From contig MU004235.1 of NCBI GenBank assembly GCA_010405405.1, positions 1,750,538-1,802,923 on the forward strand: a stretch of DNA of 52,386 nucleotides. The letters are read 5' to 3'. This document shows positions 12,891-24,837 of this stretch, in pieces. Below the pieces are notes generated by a model. The model had not been told where the DNA came from, ran no database searches, and saw only the letters and a list, made by a program, of their open reading frames with translations. The stretch's first letter is position 1; each line of letters begins with the position of its first letter. The DNA comes from Microthyrium microscopicum. Its lineage: Eukaryota. Both the position numbers and the translations under genes were made by a program.

Positions 12891-15128
12891 AGTAACGAGG
12901 TATAATAGAAAGTGGTGAAGCTAGAGCTAGAGGCATGTAGAGATTATGGAGTGTAGTAATGGGAGTAGAGTTAGGTAGAAATTGCTACAATGATGGACAT
13001 TGGGTGGTTTTGGACAAGACACTAATGACATGGTGTCGAGTGTATATAGCGGGAGGAGAAATAATATCGAAAAGTGAAGAATGTCATGGGCAATTGCTTG
13101 CAATGAGAAAAGGTACATGGAGATGCTCAAATTCCCAGACGATCTTGCCTTGATGCGATGCTAGAGTATTGGAAGCATGTCGACGATGCTCATGGACTCG
13201 CACGATGACGTCGGCCGGACGCAATGACCACAGAAAAATGTTGAGCTCGGGAACAGGCAAAAGTCGCAAGACAGGCACAAGTGTCCATCTTTACTACGGT
13301 TGGACCTAACATTTGTCGGGGCCAGACTTGCCCGCATTAAAAGAATGAGGGTCCAGTCCAACCTAAAGTACTCGCTCTAAGGAATGTACACGTGAGCCAT
13401 GTGCGCATACAATCACTATGCGCCTCTGCTCCCTGGTGTATCATAAGACTGGTTCTTGAAGATTGGGCACAGAAGCTAAACAGAACACAGAAATACCATA
13501 ACCCAACAAAGTATGAGTGGAGCATGTGTGTTGCTGTAAGGTCCATTCGGGCTCTCAATAACGACTGGATTCAATTGGGAGGTTGGTACATGCGGAGGCC
13601 TGGTGCGGTGGAAAACAAAGGTGTGTAGAACGAAGTAGTGTAGCGCATTTTGCTCTATGTTGAAATAATTCGTTGAAGAACTCTTCGAGATCTAGGACGG
13701 TGCTCCGCTTTCTGGCTTACAACCCTCAAATATTAACAAGTAGAAGTTTGCAAAATTCTTGGTGTCGACTTGAAGAACCCCGGATTTTCACGGAGATAAT
13801 TCCGAAGTGACGTTGCAGAACGCAGACATCTTGTTGTTGATCCACAGCTTTGCTCTTGTTGGCCTAGTATGCCGTTGATTCTCGGACTCATCTCCTTCCT
13901 ACCACTAGTCTCAGACGTCGCAATGAGGTCAGAATCAATACCAGGGTGCTATTTTGGGAGTACATGCATTGTGCAAGTGGTAATGATAGGACTGTGTTGG
14001 ATTGATGAGGATGCACGTTACTACATCCAAGCCGATTCGGGCGACGAAACCTCAAGGTACAGCATCGACAGACTGCTGGAGCATCGTGGTTAGCAACGGA
14101 ATATATACCAGGATTACCACGAGGAGACAGGGTAAATATGTAAGACAAGGAAAGATGATCAATAAATGCACAAAGGGTCCAGTGTAGACTGTGAGAGTAG
14201 TCCATGTCTAAACGCGAAAATGACGTCGAGCAATGCTTCAGCTGCCAAGGGCCCAACATCATGATATCACTATGACTGATTCAGCGACCCTCAAGGTCGC
14301 TTTGTGATGGCCTTGTAGATAATCCGCAAAGTGAGCGATGCGACTAACGATGAGATTGGACGAGACATGAACGCTAGAGGGTATATAATTGTATGCGAGG
14401 CTCGACTTCAACGTCGCATGGAGGCTCGCCGAATACAAAATTAATCGCGCCTGACGCGCTCCGCTGTTTGCATGCTACAAAAATGCGCCTGTTCGCTGAT
14501 GATTGCAATGTGACCTCTCCAGTGCATTCAATGATAGACCATTTGTTCCCGTCGCCAACAACTCGGTACGCAAAAGCAAAAGACCACGCACAAACGCGCC
14601 TATAACCAGCCGGCGGCGATACATTTCCATCCAACAACCGCAGCGAGAGTAGGCTTCTGTTTGATGAGCGCACGTCTGAAATGCACACGACGTCGATCCA
14701 GCATCCAGTATCTTCCGCAACGACAGAAATGTCTCCAATCTTTGGCACATGAAACTCCACAGGTTATCGGAGCCCCAGCTTCCTTCAAGGAATTTTAGTC
14801 TACTAAGCGGCATCACAAATAATTGTGACTGGCAACACACACGCTGTTTGTAATTCGAGGCGGTGGTCGTGGCGTGCTCTGAGATCTTTTTGATGGAAAA
14901 AGAAGAAGAAAGTTCCAAAATTATTTTGACGCGAAGAGTTTTATGCCACCAGGTGCTGCTTAGTCAGATTCAGGGCTAGGGCGTGCTTCAACTTCGTGCC
15001 ATCATTAATTGGACATTGAGACTTCAACTTTTCCTTTTTATGGCATCTATATTGTTGCGGTGACTTTGGTTGCTATTCTCCTGTTCGTATCCTTTTATAT
15101 CGCTCCAGTCAATAAATACAGCCTCAGC

Positions 15129-16033
15129 ATGTCAAAGTCTCTCCAGCAGTACCATCCGCTCCAGCGGTTGGCTTCGCCTAGTCGAGGTATATCCGCTCTG
15201 GTTCATGCCACCAGCTTAGGTAGATATTATAGTCTCAAGTAGTAGAGCGAATCTTAACAATTCAAATAGTCAGCTTTGCACTTAGCTTTCGCTAGTAAGT
15301 GTCATGTTTTCCGGAGCTTCCGAGCCACTTTCATCTAACAGCAACCAAGTCTTTTGATAACGCCAAATCCAATGTAAGCCACGCTTTGGAGAATCTCCAG
15401 CTCGATCTAATCAGCCCAAGAAACGACTCGTACGGATGGCATCTTCAATATCTCACCATCATCGGCCTCAGGTGAGCAACAATCCTCACGCGCAAGGCGT
15501 CAACCTGACCCATCTCAAGTCTGTCAACCGTTACTTTTGCGTTTGGACTTCTCGCCGACATAACTCTCTCTCCTGCCCTCTTTTCCATAAAGAATGCGTT
15601 GTCCATAGCAAGTGCACCTTTGGAGATTCTAATCAGTCTACTATACTGGAGTTTGCGAGCCATTGATCCAAAACTCGTCGTTCCAGAGTTTGCGCCGCCT
15701 CTCGCTCCAATAGCAGATATAGGCTTCCATCTAGTCCCCTCAATTGTCATGCTCATCGACATCTTATTTCTCTCGCCTCCGTGGACTATTGCAACCGTAC
15801 CTGCCATTGGTCTAAGCAGCATTATTGCAATCGTCTACTGGTTTTGGGTCGAAGAGTGCGCGAAGCACAACGGCTTCTACCCCTATCCCTTATTTGACGA
15901 GGTCGGGCATAACGGTAGAGTAGCGCTCTTCATCATGAGCGCAGTGATCATGACTACAGGAACATGGTCACTCAAAAAGGTCTTCGGCCGTTTGAATGGC
16001 CGAGAAGTCCCCGGCCGTGTCAAGAAAGAGTAA
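15129..16033 (+). CDS. FAR-17a/AIG1-like integral membrane protein (several short 5' introns)
   Basis: MSKSLQQYHPLQRLASPSRG start, then NDSYGWHLQYLTIIGL, APLEILISLLYW, DIGFHLVP and HNGFYPYPLF motifs. Short GT..AG introns lie between ~15220 and ~15520; exact boundaries are not fully resolved. Confidence 0.8.
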
Positions 16034-16244
16034 GACATGAACAAATTTTCAAATACCATGTAACAACAGCACATCTACAAGCAGCAGCAATTCCTGTTTG
16101 GAATTCAATATACTTCATATCATCACATATAAAAGCCAGCAACGAATTTTGTTTTTGAAAGTCAATATACTTCATGTCATTATTTGGGGGTATTTCCAAG
16201 CGCTATTAAAATATGTACAAACTATCCCCCTTTTTTATCGCAAC

Positions 16245-18219
16245 CTAAACATGATGCGCATGCTTCTCATTAATCTCCTGCACAGTCTGTGGCTCCCTCT
16301 CAACCGCATTCTTCTTATTCCCTTGCAGTCGTCGAGCAACATTGCCGTGCAAGAAGTTCTTCATGTCTGGCACGAAGCAGGCGGCAATGATCAGACAGAC
16401 GCCAAAGGGGATGGTGGAGTAGAAGACGATGTGGAATGCTTCAATGTAGGCGCGGCGCACGGCTACGCTGACGGTGCTGATGATGGCTGGGGTGATGCCG
16501 GGGACGCTGGTGAAGCTGCCGGCGGTTATGCCGGCGAAGAGCGCGGGGAGTGAGGTGCTGGGGAGACCGGCGTTTGTGGCGGCGGGGACGACGTATTTGG
16601 GCAGATAGGTGGTGAGTTTGTTGGTCAGGATGGAGACGTAGAGAGATTGGGCGACTGCTCCACCAAGGGCGCGGACTGGAAGGTTTGGTTAGTGATGGGT
16701 TCATGAGAATGTGTGGGGTGAACTTACTGGATCCGAGGACACCGGTGGCGAGACCGATGTCTTGGGGCTCCCAGACGAGAGTTACGGCGGTGAAGGAGAT
16801 GAGATCGACCCAGCCGATGACGAAGGTTCCCATGACACCGAGGGCGATGAAGGTTGCGTGGTTGTTCTCGTTCAAGCAGGCGAGACCGCCGACGAAAGCG
16901 GTACCGCAGACGGAGAAGAAGATGACTTGCCACTTGACTTTGGGGATGTAGGAAAGTCCGATACCACCAAAGCATTGGCCGAGCAAGATGCCGCCACCGA
17001 CGACGGAAGACTGGAGTCCAACTTGTACTGTGTCAAGACCATATACTGCGACAAGGATGGATGGCCAGAGAATGGTGAGACTGTAGTAGACCATGGCACC
17101 GACGACGGCAACGACAATGATCGCGACGAATGAGACTTTTCGGAACATGCGTGGTGGCATAAGCGCTTGGCCCTTGAAGACGAATTGCTCATAGAGACCG
17201 AAACCAACAAGCACGAGACCGCCGATAACGAGCGTGCAGATGACTTGAGTGCTCTTCCATGGGTATTGAGAACCTCCCCAGGAGAAACCAATGAGGAAGA
17301 CGACAGTACCGCCAATGAAAAGAACAATTCCGATGAAATCGAGCTCCTTGAATTGTTGCCACTTGGTCTTGCCTTGCATATGGAGTTGGTCGAAGCGTGG
17401 TGGGTGGTAGAAAAATTGGTAGAGGATACCAGACAAGGTAGAGATGATGATACCAAGATAGTAGCTCCATCTCCAGCCAGCACCGGTGTGAAGAATGAAG
17501 GCGCGTGCAATGGATGGTCCAAAGACAGCAAATGGCATTGAAGAGAAGAAGATTGCGGATACGGCAATACCTCTGTGCTTGTTGGAGACGAGTTCACCAA
17601 GAATGAAACCGAAACTGAGTTGGCCAGCAGCAGCAATTCCGTTCAACATGTTGGCACCGATGAGAGTGTTGATAGTTTGCGCGGTGGCGCCGACAATCAT
17701 ACCAATCGTTCCGAGAACCTGGCAGCCGAGTACCATCCATTTGCGACCAAAAATATCGGATAGACGACCGACTAAGAGAAATCCAATGGCGGAGCCGAGA
17801 GTCCAGGTTGTGGCGACCCAGTTGAGATTCTTGGATGGACCAATATCTGCGTCAATGAGTGTTCTGATATGCTGGTTAGCGCATGGTTTCGTTGGATATA
17901 CTTTTTGCTTGGTTTCGACTGAGCGGGAGTGGGTGGCATAAACTTACAATGTGTTTGCTGGCAATACCCATCCAAGATAGGCGCAGATGGAGGCAAAGCA
18001 GATGGCGATGAATGTCATGATAAAGTCGAGACTGCGGTAATAGCCTTTAGGCATTGATTGGAGGTCTCCACCCACCGCCTTGTGATCGAGATAGTCAATA
18101 TGACCATCAGCATGAGTGGTTTCAATGGCTTCGAGGCGGGCCATGTCGCTGGTATGTTCGTGATGATTTGTAGTCATCTTGTCGTGATGAACGACATGTT
18201 CAGAGGTATGGTCTGACAT
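16245..18219 (-). CDS. MFS transporter, TRI12 (fungal trichothecene efflux pump-like) family; exons 18219-17948, 17863-16728, 16675-16245
   Basis: MPKGYYRSLDF, GRLSDIFGRKW, GWRWSYY, FYHPPRF, DIGLATGVLGSIRALGGAVA and AFHIVFYSTIPFG motifs; many transmembrane segments; two GT-AG introns restore the frame. Confidence 0.9.
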
Positions 18220-18390
18220 GTTGCCGATTCTACCACTGGTAGTTGTTCAGATGATGTGAAGTATAACAGATGAATACTAATGATAGCTTTCCAAGTATCC
18301 GGTCGAAGAATGAAAGTGGACTCCGGACAGACTGAAGTTTTGGATGGCTCTTCAAAGCTGTAGATCTTTAACGATGGGCAATTGAAGATC

Positions 18391-18397
18391 TTATATA
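18391..18397 (-). promoter_or_regulatory. Candidate TATA box of the MFS transporter gene
   Basis: TATATAA on the minus strand about 170 bp upstream of the ATG at 18219. Confidence 0.35.
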
Positions 18398-21353
18398 CAT
18401 CAATTCCCTATGTTTAAACGATCGACTCGCGTGCAAACCCAAGTTCGAAAAACGCCTTCCGAGCGGATACATTTGGCGCGTGCAACAATTAGCTGTAGCT
18501 AACGACGCCGGAAGATAGTCCCGACGCTCTCGCCCCAGCTCCCATCTCTCTGGGCTCTGGGCGAGTCTTCAATCTCATTGGCTTAAGATGCGCGGAAGCT
18601 TTCCACCTATGCTTCAAAGTAGCCTAGCAGCTTGTCTCAACACAACCAATCTGGGGAAATATGGTCCAGATCAGTCTCGACTTGTCTTCTTGCTGCTTTC
18701 ATCGAATGATGGGAGGCCGGAAATTCAACCCAGGTTACTGGTCTAGCGAGCGGCTCCACTGCATTAACTTCTCCAGTTCTGTGCATCATTTTCCCCAGAA
18801 CCCCAGATGTATCTTGAAGCAAGTTGAAGGCATGCGCTGCGCCCAACGAGTCGTTACTCTCCAATAATGGGAATAATGATCCAATTTGACTCTGCCGCTA
18901 GTCCTTTAGTGACAGCCCTAATATTGCTAGTGGAATCATTCTTACAGGTTTGATTCATGCGTGGTAGACGCCATTCAACTTTGGGCTTGGTCAGTCATGT
19001 ACACGAATAATAAGCTCATGGGCCACGTTTGCATTCCTCTTTGACCGTCTGTCACGCTGTCTTAATTTGTATCCATCGTAAAGGATGCTTGATCGACGTC
19101 CGCTGGGCCATAATTATTTAAAACTGTAAAGTGGTGGTGTTGACAGGTGCAAACCATATTTACCCCGGATATTGTTCAGCGTAACCTTTTCCGAGCTGGA
19201 TATCCAACATCCATCCTTCACCCCAACACCATTTTGAGAACTGTTTTGTACCTGAATGACTCTTTTTGGTTGCTTAAACATTGTAGGAAATGATTCAACC
19301 TCCTATTTCTAGCCTATCCCCAACCTTTGAGTTTTATTTTGCGAAAAACCTTTTTGACCAACTGTAGTTGGAGTTTGGGAAACCAATCCATCCATAAGCG
19401 AAATATTGCCCCGGAAAACACCATGCCTACTTTACTGAATACTCACATTGGTCTTTGAAACGGAAAGTGAACTGTTTCCAAACAGAATCAGTCAAAACAT
19501 AGCTGTTGTACTGGAACATATGTGCCATATAAGCTCAGTGACTGTCTCAACATTCAATCGCCCTCCAGCTTCTCCCCGTATACTTCAAAGTCACTGCAAT
19601 ATGCATGTATAATATGCTCAACTGACCGTTGTCTCCGACGATCATCAGTATAATCTTCCACTTCTAGAATCATGGGAAATATCCAACCTCAAAGAGCCTC
19701 GTCAGCCTTGGCCAGTCAGTCTCTCTCCAAGCGACCCGCCAGTTTGAATCAGACCCACATATGGCAGACGGTGTCCACTGTCACGATCTGGTACCGCCTA
19801 GCGTGACCAGACTACGCGGAACCGTCACCGCAGCCCAATTTGAGGATCTAGAACACTGTGGGGACCCCGCATAGGTTGGGGAAATCTACATTAGTCCGCG
19901 TGTTGCGCCCACGAACCCATTGGCTGGTGTTCTAGGCGAAGATCAATCTTCTGAGATCGCCTGAGATACATGTCACTCCTACATCTGAGATTTCTTAGTG
20001 GTATTGAGCACATTTTGGATTTGCTTCGTGATTAGACAAACTCTTGACCACATCAGAATGAGGCGTTGACTGGCGGCTTGAGCTTTTGGGCTGGGGTTGA
20101 AATCCATGCAACCAGGTGGTATGTCAAGTGATTTCATTTCTCTGGCCAGCTAGGGCTGATATCTTGCATCGATACCGAAGGATTCTGTCTATCCTATTCT
20201 AATCTTACCATTGAAAAAACTCTGAGTATGTACCTCTGATGCGCGTTCTGAGATACCCAGGCTGCAAAATTGCCAGTCTCTCGACAGACCCAAAGGACGT
20301 TTATTATTGGCCGTTTGTAGAGAACATCAAAATATGAGCCAATTAGCTTGGTTTGACAAAGCCCTACTGTTGAAGAGCTTTTTTTCCAACCTGGGTATCT
20401 CAGAACGCGCACCAGAGGTAAGTTATTACTGGATCATTCACGTTCAGTACAGCCAGATCTCAATGACTTGCCGGGGAAACAAGACTAAGATACCTGCTTT
20501 TGAACCCCCACGGTCACCACTCTTTGGAAACAGTTTTCAGAGTCTGATAAGAATTGCCGCAATAGGTGTGAAATTCCACTCATTGCTCTACGCCAGAGCT
20601 TGAAAGTCAAGAATTAGGATCTAACTGAAATGACTGTTGTCGTTCTAGTTCTACCATAACACCAATATGTTCCTTTTTGTAAGTAGTACATATATAGAGC
20701 TGTGGAATTTCTTTTCTTAGTGAAAAGCTCACTAGGTGACGAAAGGCTCGCCTTCTTCATGAGGTAACGGAGCCTGTTGGCCTCTTCCCGAATAAAGAAC
20801 AGAGACCACAGAGAACCCACCGATGAAGTTCAGCATCCAAAGAACTGAAACTTTTTATTCAATCGTTTGAAAGAAACATATTGCCATTTCCAATGGGAAT
20901 TCCCTACCAGATACCGTCCATTGAACCAATCAGCCTGATGTATGGCGCTATTAGCTAGATCTGATTGGTTCTAGAAAAAGCTTTGGTGGGGCTGACAGCC
21001 TTGTAGCTAGCCTGATGGATGAGCCACCTCTACCTTTGTTTATTATTCAAGCTTGATGTCTTGCTCACCTGCACCGCAGCTTCAAGACTTCCACCTATCA
21101 ACCCTCATTGTCAGCCGTACGGTCAATTGCCTCCTGCACTCTCGTAATCTATCATTGTTCCTTCTTCGTTCGCTTCACTAAGACCGAACGCTTCAATTGT
21201 CATGAACAGCTTGGCAATCAGCAATGCTTTCGATTTAAGTCAAGGGTACCTGTCAGGATATGCTAATAAAACTGGACGCCGCAACTGAACATAAACAGGT
21301 CGAACCAGAACTCCCATGTCCGAAACCAAATACTCGTAATAGAAGACCTGAAA

Positions 21354-22289
21354 ATGATCGCCAGGCACAAAGCTGCGTTGAGCAGTTTCGAGGACGCCTT
21401 CCCCGCCAGCGAAGCGTCCTTAATCCACGATTATGCCCTGATGGACGTTGACGCACCACGTGTAGACTTTTATGTCGATGGCGCTTACCGCCCTAAGGGT
21501 GCAATGCATGGCATACGACATGCTAAAGCTGTCGCTGCCTGCGTCCTCAAGAATACTAGTCACAGCAGAGGCCATAACGTCTGGATCAAAGTCTTGCCTG
21601 ATAAGCCACCTCCCACAAACACCCGCGCTGAGATCACTGCAGTCATTCTAGCGCAGGAGACAGCTCTTACGTATCGAAAAAACACTGTTACAAAGAAGCG
21701 ACAACTTCTCACCATTCACTCAGATTGTCGAACCACCGTTGAGCATCTTAATGGAGTTCAAATATCTAGGCAGAACAAGGATTTGCTTAACAAAGCCGTG
21801 GGCCTCGATAAAGAGCTAAGGCGATTCCCCGGATTTTCTGTTACATACACATGGATTCCACGAGGGGAAAACAAACTTGCAGATTCATACTGCACAGTCA
21901 AGCTAGATGAAGTGCAGGAGATCAACAAAAAAGATCTCAAGCAGAAAGCCAAGATTGAGACAAAGTTGCGCGAGTCTAAATCGGGAAGAAAAGTGGCGCT
22001 TGAGAAAAGGAATCTTAAGAAGACGAGGAAGCAGAAGAAGGAGAAAAAGCAGATTGAGGAGAAAGAGAGGCTAGAGAAAAAGCTAGATGCAGAGCGGAAG
22101 CTGAGCGCCGAAAAGACTAAGACAAAAAGGCTTGCGAGGAAAGCGAGGTACGAGCAGAAGAAATTGGACGCTAAAAAGAAGATGGAGACTTCGGAAAGGC
22201 CAATGAGCAAGCTTGAGATGGTTGTAAGGTTGAAGGACAAGCAAAAGGAGGATATGCTCACACACAAGAACATGCCAGCGAGATACTGA
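21354..22289 (+). CDS. Single-domain fungal RNase HI-like protein with Lys-rich coiled-coil tail (may start at 21202 via intron 21246-21298)
   Basis: YVDGAY...PTNTRAEITA...IHSDC...WIPRGENKLADSYC, so all four acidic residues are present. The C-terminal ~120 aa are K/E/R-rich. The upstream ATG at 21202 joins in frame if 21246-21298 (GT..AG) is spliced. Confidence 0.85.
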   Translation: MIARHKAALSSFEDAFPASEASLIHDYALMDVDAPRVDFYVDGAYRPKGAMHGIRHAKAVAACVLKNTSHSRGHNVWIKVLPDKPPPTNTRAEITAVILAQETALTYRKNTVTKKRQLLTIHSDCRTTVEHLNGVQISRQNKDLLNKAVGLDKELRRFPGFSVTYTWIPRGENKLADSYCTVKLDEVQEINKKDLKQKAKIETKLRESKSGRKVALEKRNLKKTRKQKKEKKQIEEKERLEKKLDAERKLSAEKTKTKRLARKARYEQKKLDAKKKMETSERPMSKLEMVVRLKDKQKEDMLTHKNMPARY

Positions 22290-23394
22290 ATAGCCGGGCG
22301 AGGCACGACGTGCGATACATAAAGATCTTATCAGGAAACGGTCTCTCTCGACCAAGGGGAGCAAGTCAAGAGACAGAACGGGGAAGCGATAGCATAATGA
22401 AAAGTTCAATGCAATGAGAATTCATCGTCCCATGTTCGTCTTTTGATATCAAAGGTAGACGAGATTCTGCGCAATCGTACTTTCGATACATGATCCAGGA
22501 CCCAGAAATACATATTCAACGATAGTCTGAGCTGATAATCGGGAAAATGATACCGCTCGTTATGTTTATTTTGATCGTCATGATTGGTGAAGGCACTACT
22601 AGTGTATGGCGATCCAAGGCTTATGAAAGGAAGACTGGCTGGATATTCTCTAGTTCTCTCATCTGAAAGTCTCCGCAGGTGCACAGCTAGATATTCAGAG
22701 TAATACTCGAGATCATGGAATGAGTAGCATGGTCTACAAGGAACATTAGAGTACTTGTATGAGGTCGGTTTTAATAAGCTGTCGCCCCTTTAAGCTACAG
22801 TTTGCGCCTTGAATAACAAGAGAACTGCCAATATCAGCAGTCAAGAAAGCATAACTGAGTTTTTTCGTACTTCTGATTAATCGTTACAGTGTAGCAGAGA
22901 TCAACATCAGCTAATGCTGGCATCGGGAAGGGCATTGTTCAGCTCCTGTGGTTGTATCGTTGAAGTGCCTCCGGTGATATCAAACTAAAAAACTGCACCT
23001 TCATGTCTGTTCTCGTTTTCTTGTCTCTAAAAAATCGTCTCATCACGCCAATAAGCCCCACCATCATATTTTGCTCTACTCGCTACTGGACCCATCACGG
23101 CAACACTTTTGCCTTTGCTTCATCAAACGCCACTTGCGTCTAGTCCTTCGTAACGTGCGATATCACTGATTGAACTACAGGATTGTGAACGCTCTAGATC
23201 ACCTTTAGACTGCAAGTCTCGAGGTAATATACTACTTCCACAGATATTTCGTTGAAAACAACTAATAAAGCGTCTCAGGCCTCAATTATCGCCAGTGCCA
23301 GCCACTATATCCCAAAGAACTCGTCATTACGTCAACATATCTCGAAACCCTTCGTGAGCTCGCTTATATAACTCTCTCCTGAGCGGATGCCAAG

Positions 23395-24837
23395 ATGTCC
23401 AATGAAGTAAACTTCTTTGCCGATGGCGGGTGCCGCCATCAAGGTACATCATCCGCCACAGGTGTCGCTGCTTGCGTGCTCAAGAATTCGCAAGCCTTCG
23501 GACGCAAAAAATCATGGACAGAAGCGCTGCCTGAATATCCGCCACCTACCAATACTCGTGCTGAAATTTCCGCTCTCATACTAGCCCAGGCAAAGGCCAT
23601 CGAACTACAGCGAAAGAGGTGGCGAAAAATCAAGCGCTCCAAGAAGCAAAACATACAAAGCACTAAAATCATCTTCGTTATTCACTCAGACTGTCAGCGT
23701 ACAGTTGAAGCTCTGAATGGCCAGATTTCGAACTGGATAGAGAGTGGCTGGAGTAAGAAAACGGGGGATCGCGTGGCAAATCAAGATCTATTCGAGAAAG
23801 CTTGGAAACTTGACCAAAAGCTAAAGCGCTGGAAAAGTAGGGTACGCGTTGTCTACAAGTGGATTCCACGCGAGCAGAACTGGATGGCCCACCACTGCTG
23901 TGCTGCAAAGCTAGTTGAACTGGAACAGGCTGAGACAAGTGATGAGCAGGAAGAGCAGGAGGAGCATGAGGAGGAATGGGAAAATGCAGAGTCTCAAGAT
24001 CAGTCTGAGGAGTCTGAGGAGTCTGAGGAGTCTAAGGACGATGAGACCGATGAGACCGATGAGACCGATGAGGACGATGAGGACGACGAGACTCATCACT
24101 CTCATGTTGCGGATTCCGCGATTCATACTGACATTTGTCGCGCCAACAACATGGATACCCGTATCATTGCAGAAAAGACCCGCCCCGTCTCAAGCATCAC
24201 ATCTAACAGTTCCCGGTTCATCGGACCGAACCTTACCAACAGTCAAATAGACATGTTGTGTAGTGCTGGCTGGGCACAATTCACGTCAATAATGGTGGAT
24301 AGCCGTTGCAGCAAGGGTGAACAAAGCCCTCGTGTTGGTGTTGCGGCTCATACTTTGGGCACGACTGGTGGACCACATACAGTCTACACCCAAGCTCTAT
24401 CTGATTTCCCGCCTCTTTGCACAAGACGCGCTCGACTGTTTGCAATCATCTCGGCCCAGCAATGGTATCTGGACAATGAAGCGGATGGACGGCTGCAGAT
24501 TCCCCGAGTGTTGGAGATCAATTCAACTTCCAATTGCGCCATTACGTATATGAACGGAAAGATCGAGGAATACAAGAACAACGACTGGCTAGATTCGAAG
24601 GGTGAGCCAGCTGAGTGTCAAGACCTTCTCCAGCAAGCCCTGTTCTTGGACGGAAGACTTAGGCAATTAGCTACAGTACACTACAAGTTGATTGCTCGAG
24701 AAAAGAACACATTCTTGCGCCAGTATTGCAAAGACAAGCTGAAGAAGCTACAAGAGGTGCTTGACTGCGAAGTCATAAATCTGCCTACATTATGTAGAAT
24801 AGCAGATAGCGCTGAGTATAGAGACTCAAGAGCTTAG
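23395..24837 (+). CDS. Tandem double-domain fungal RNase HI-like protein with acidic linker, 480 aa
   Basis: N domain has FADGGC...PTNTRAEISA...IHSDC...WIESGW...VANQDL...WIPREQNWMAHH. An E/D-rich linker follows. C domain (MVDSRC...RRARL...INSTS...YKNNDW...CQDLL) lacks catalytic residues. Confidence 0.85.
   Translation: MSNEVNFFADGGCRHQGTSSATGVAACVLKNSQAFGRKKSWTEALPEYPPPTNTRAEISALILAQAKAIELQRKRWRKIKRSKKQNIQSTKIIFVIHSDCQRTVEALNGQISNWIESGWSKKTGDRVANQDLFEKAWKLDQKLKRWKSRVRVVYKWIPREQNWMAHHCCAAKLVELEQAETSDEQEEQEEHEEEWENAESQDQSEESEESEESKDDETDETDETDEDDEDDETHHSHVADSAIHTDICRANNMDTRIIAEKTRPVSSITSNSSRFIGPNLTNSQIDMLCSAGWAQFTSIMVDSRCSKGEQSPRVGVAAHTLGTTGGPHTVYTQALSDFPPLCTRRARLFAIISAQQWYLDNEADGRLQIPRVLEINSTSNCAITYMNGKIEEYKNNDWLDSKGEPAECQDLLQQALFLDGRLRQLATVHYKLIAREKNTFLRQYCKDKLKKLQEVLDCEVINLPTLCRIADSAEYRDSRA
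23925..24092 (+). repeat. Low-complexity acidic coding repeats (GAGTCTGAG and GATGAGACC 9-mers)
   Basis: Direct 9-bp repeats encode SEESEESEES and DETDETDETDE. Confidence 0.8.

Noticed and set aside
13000..15000. Short ORFs and a 7-bp hairpin (14283-14301) between the TF and FAR-17a genes
   Set aside because: No motifs or coherent splice structure; a stem of this length is expected by chance.
16685..17941. Long overlapping or antisense ORFs within the MFS gene (similar ones in YTA7, the TF and 21758-22306)
   Set aside because: Shadow frames of real genes caused by codon bias.
10217..18219. TF plus TRI12-like transporter as a secondary-metabolite cluster
   Set aside because: No PKS, NRPS, terpene synthase or tailoring enzyme in the window.
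8044..24837. RNase H ORFs as LINE/LTR retrotransposon pol fragments
   Set aside because: No adjacent RT, gag or integrase; the ORFs are intact, of normal GC, and match the stand-alone fungal RNase HI type.
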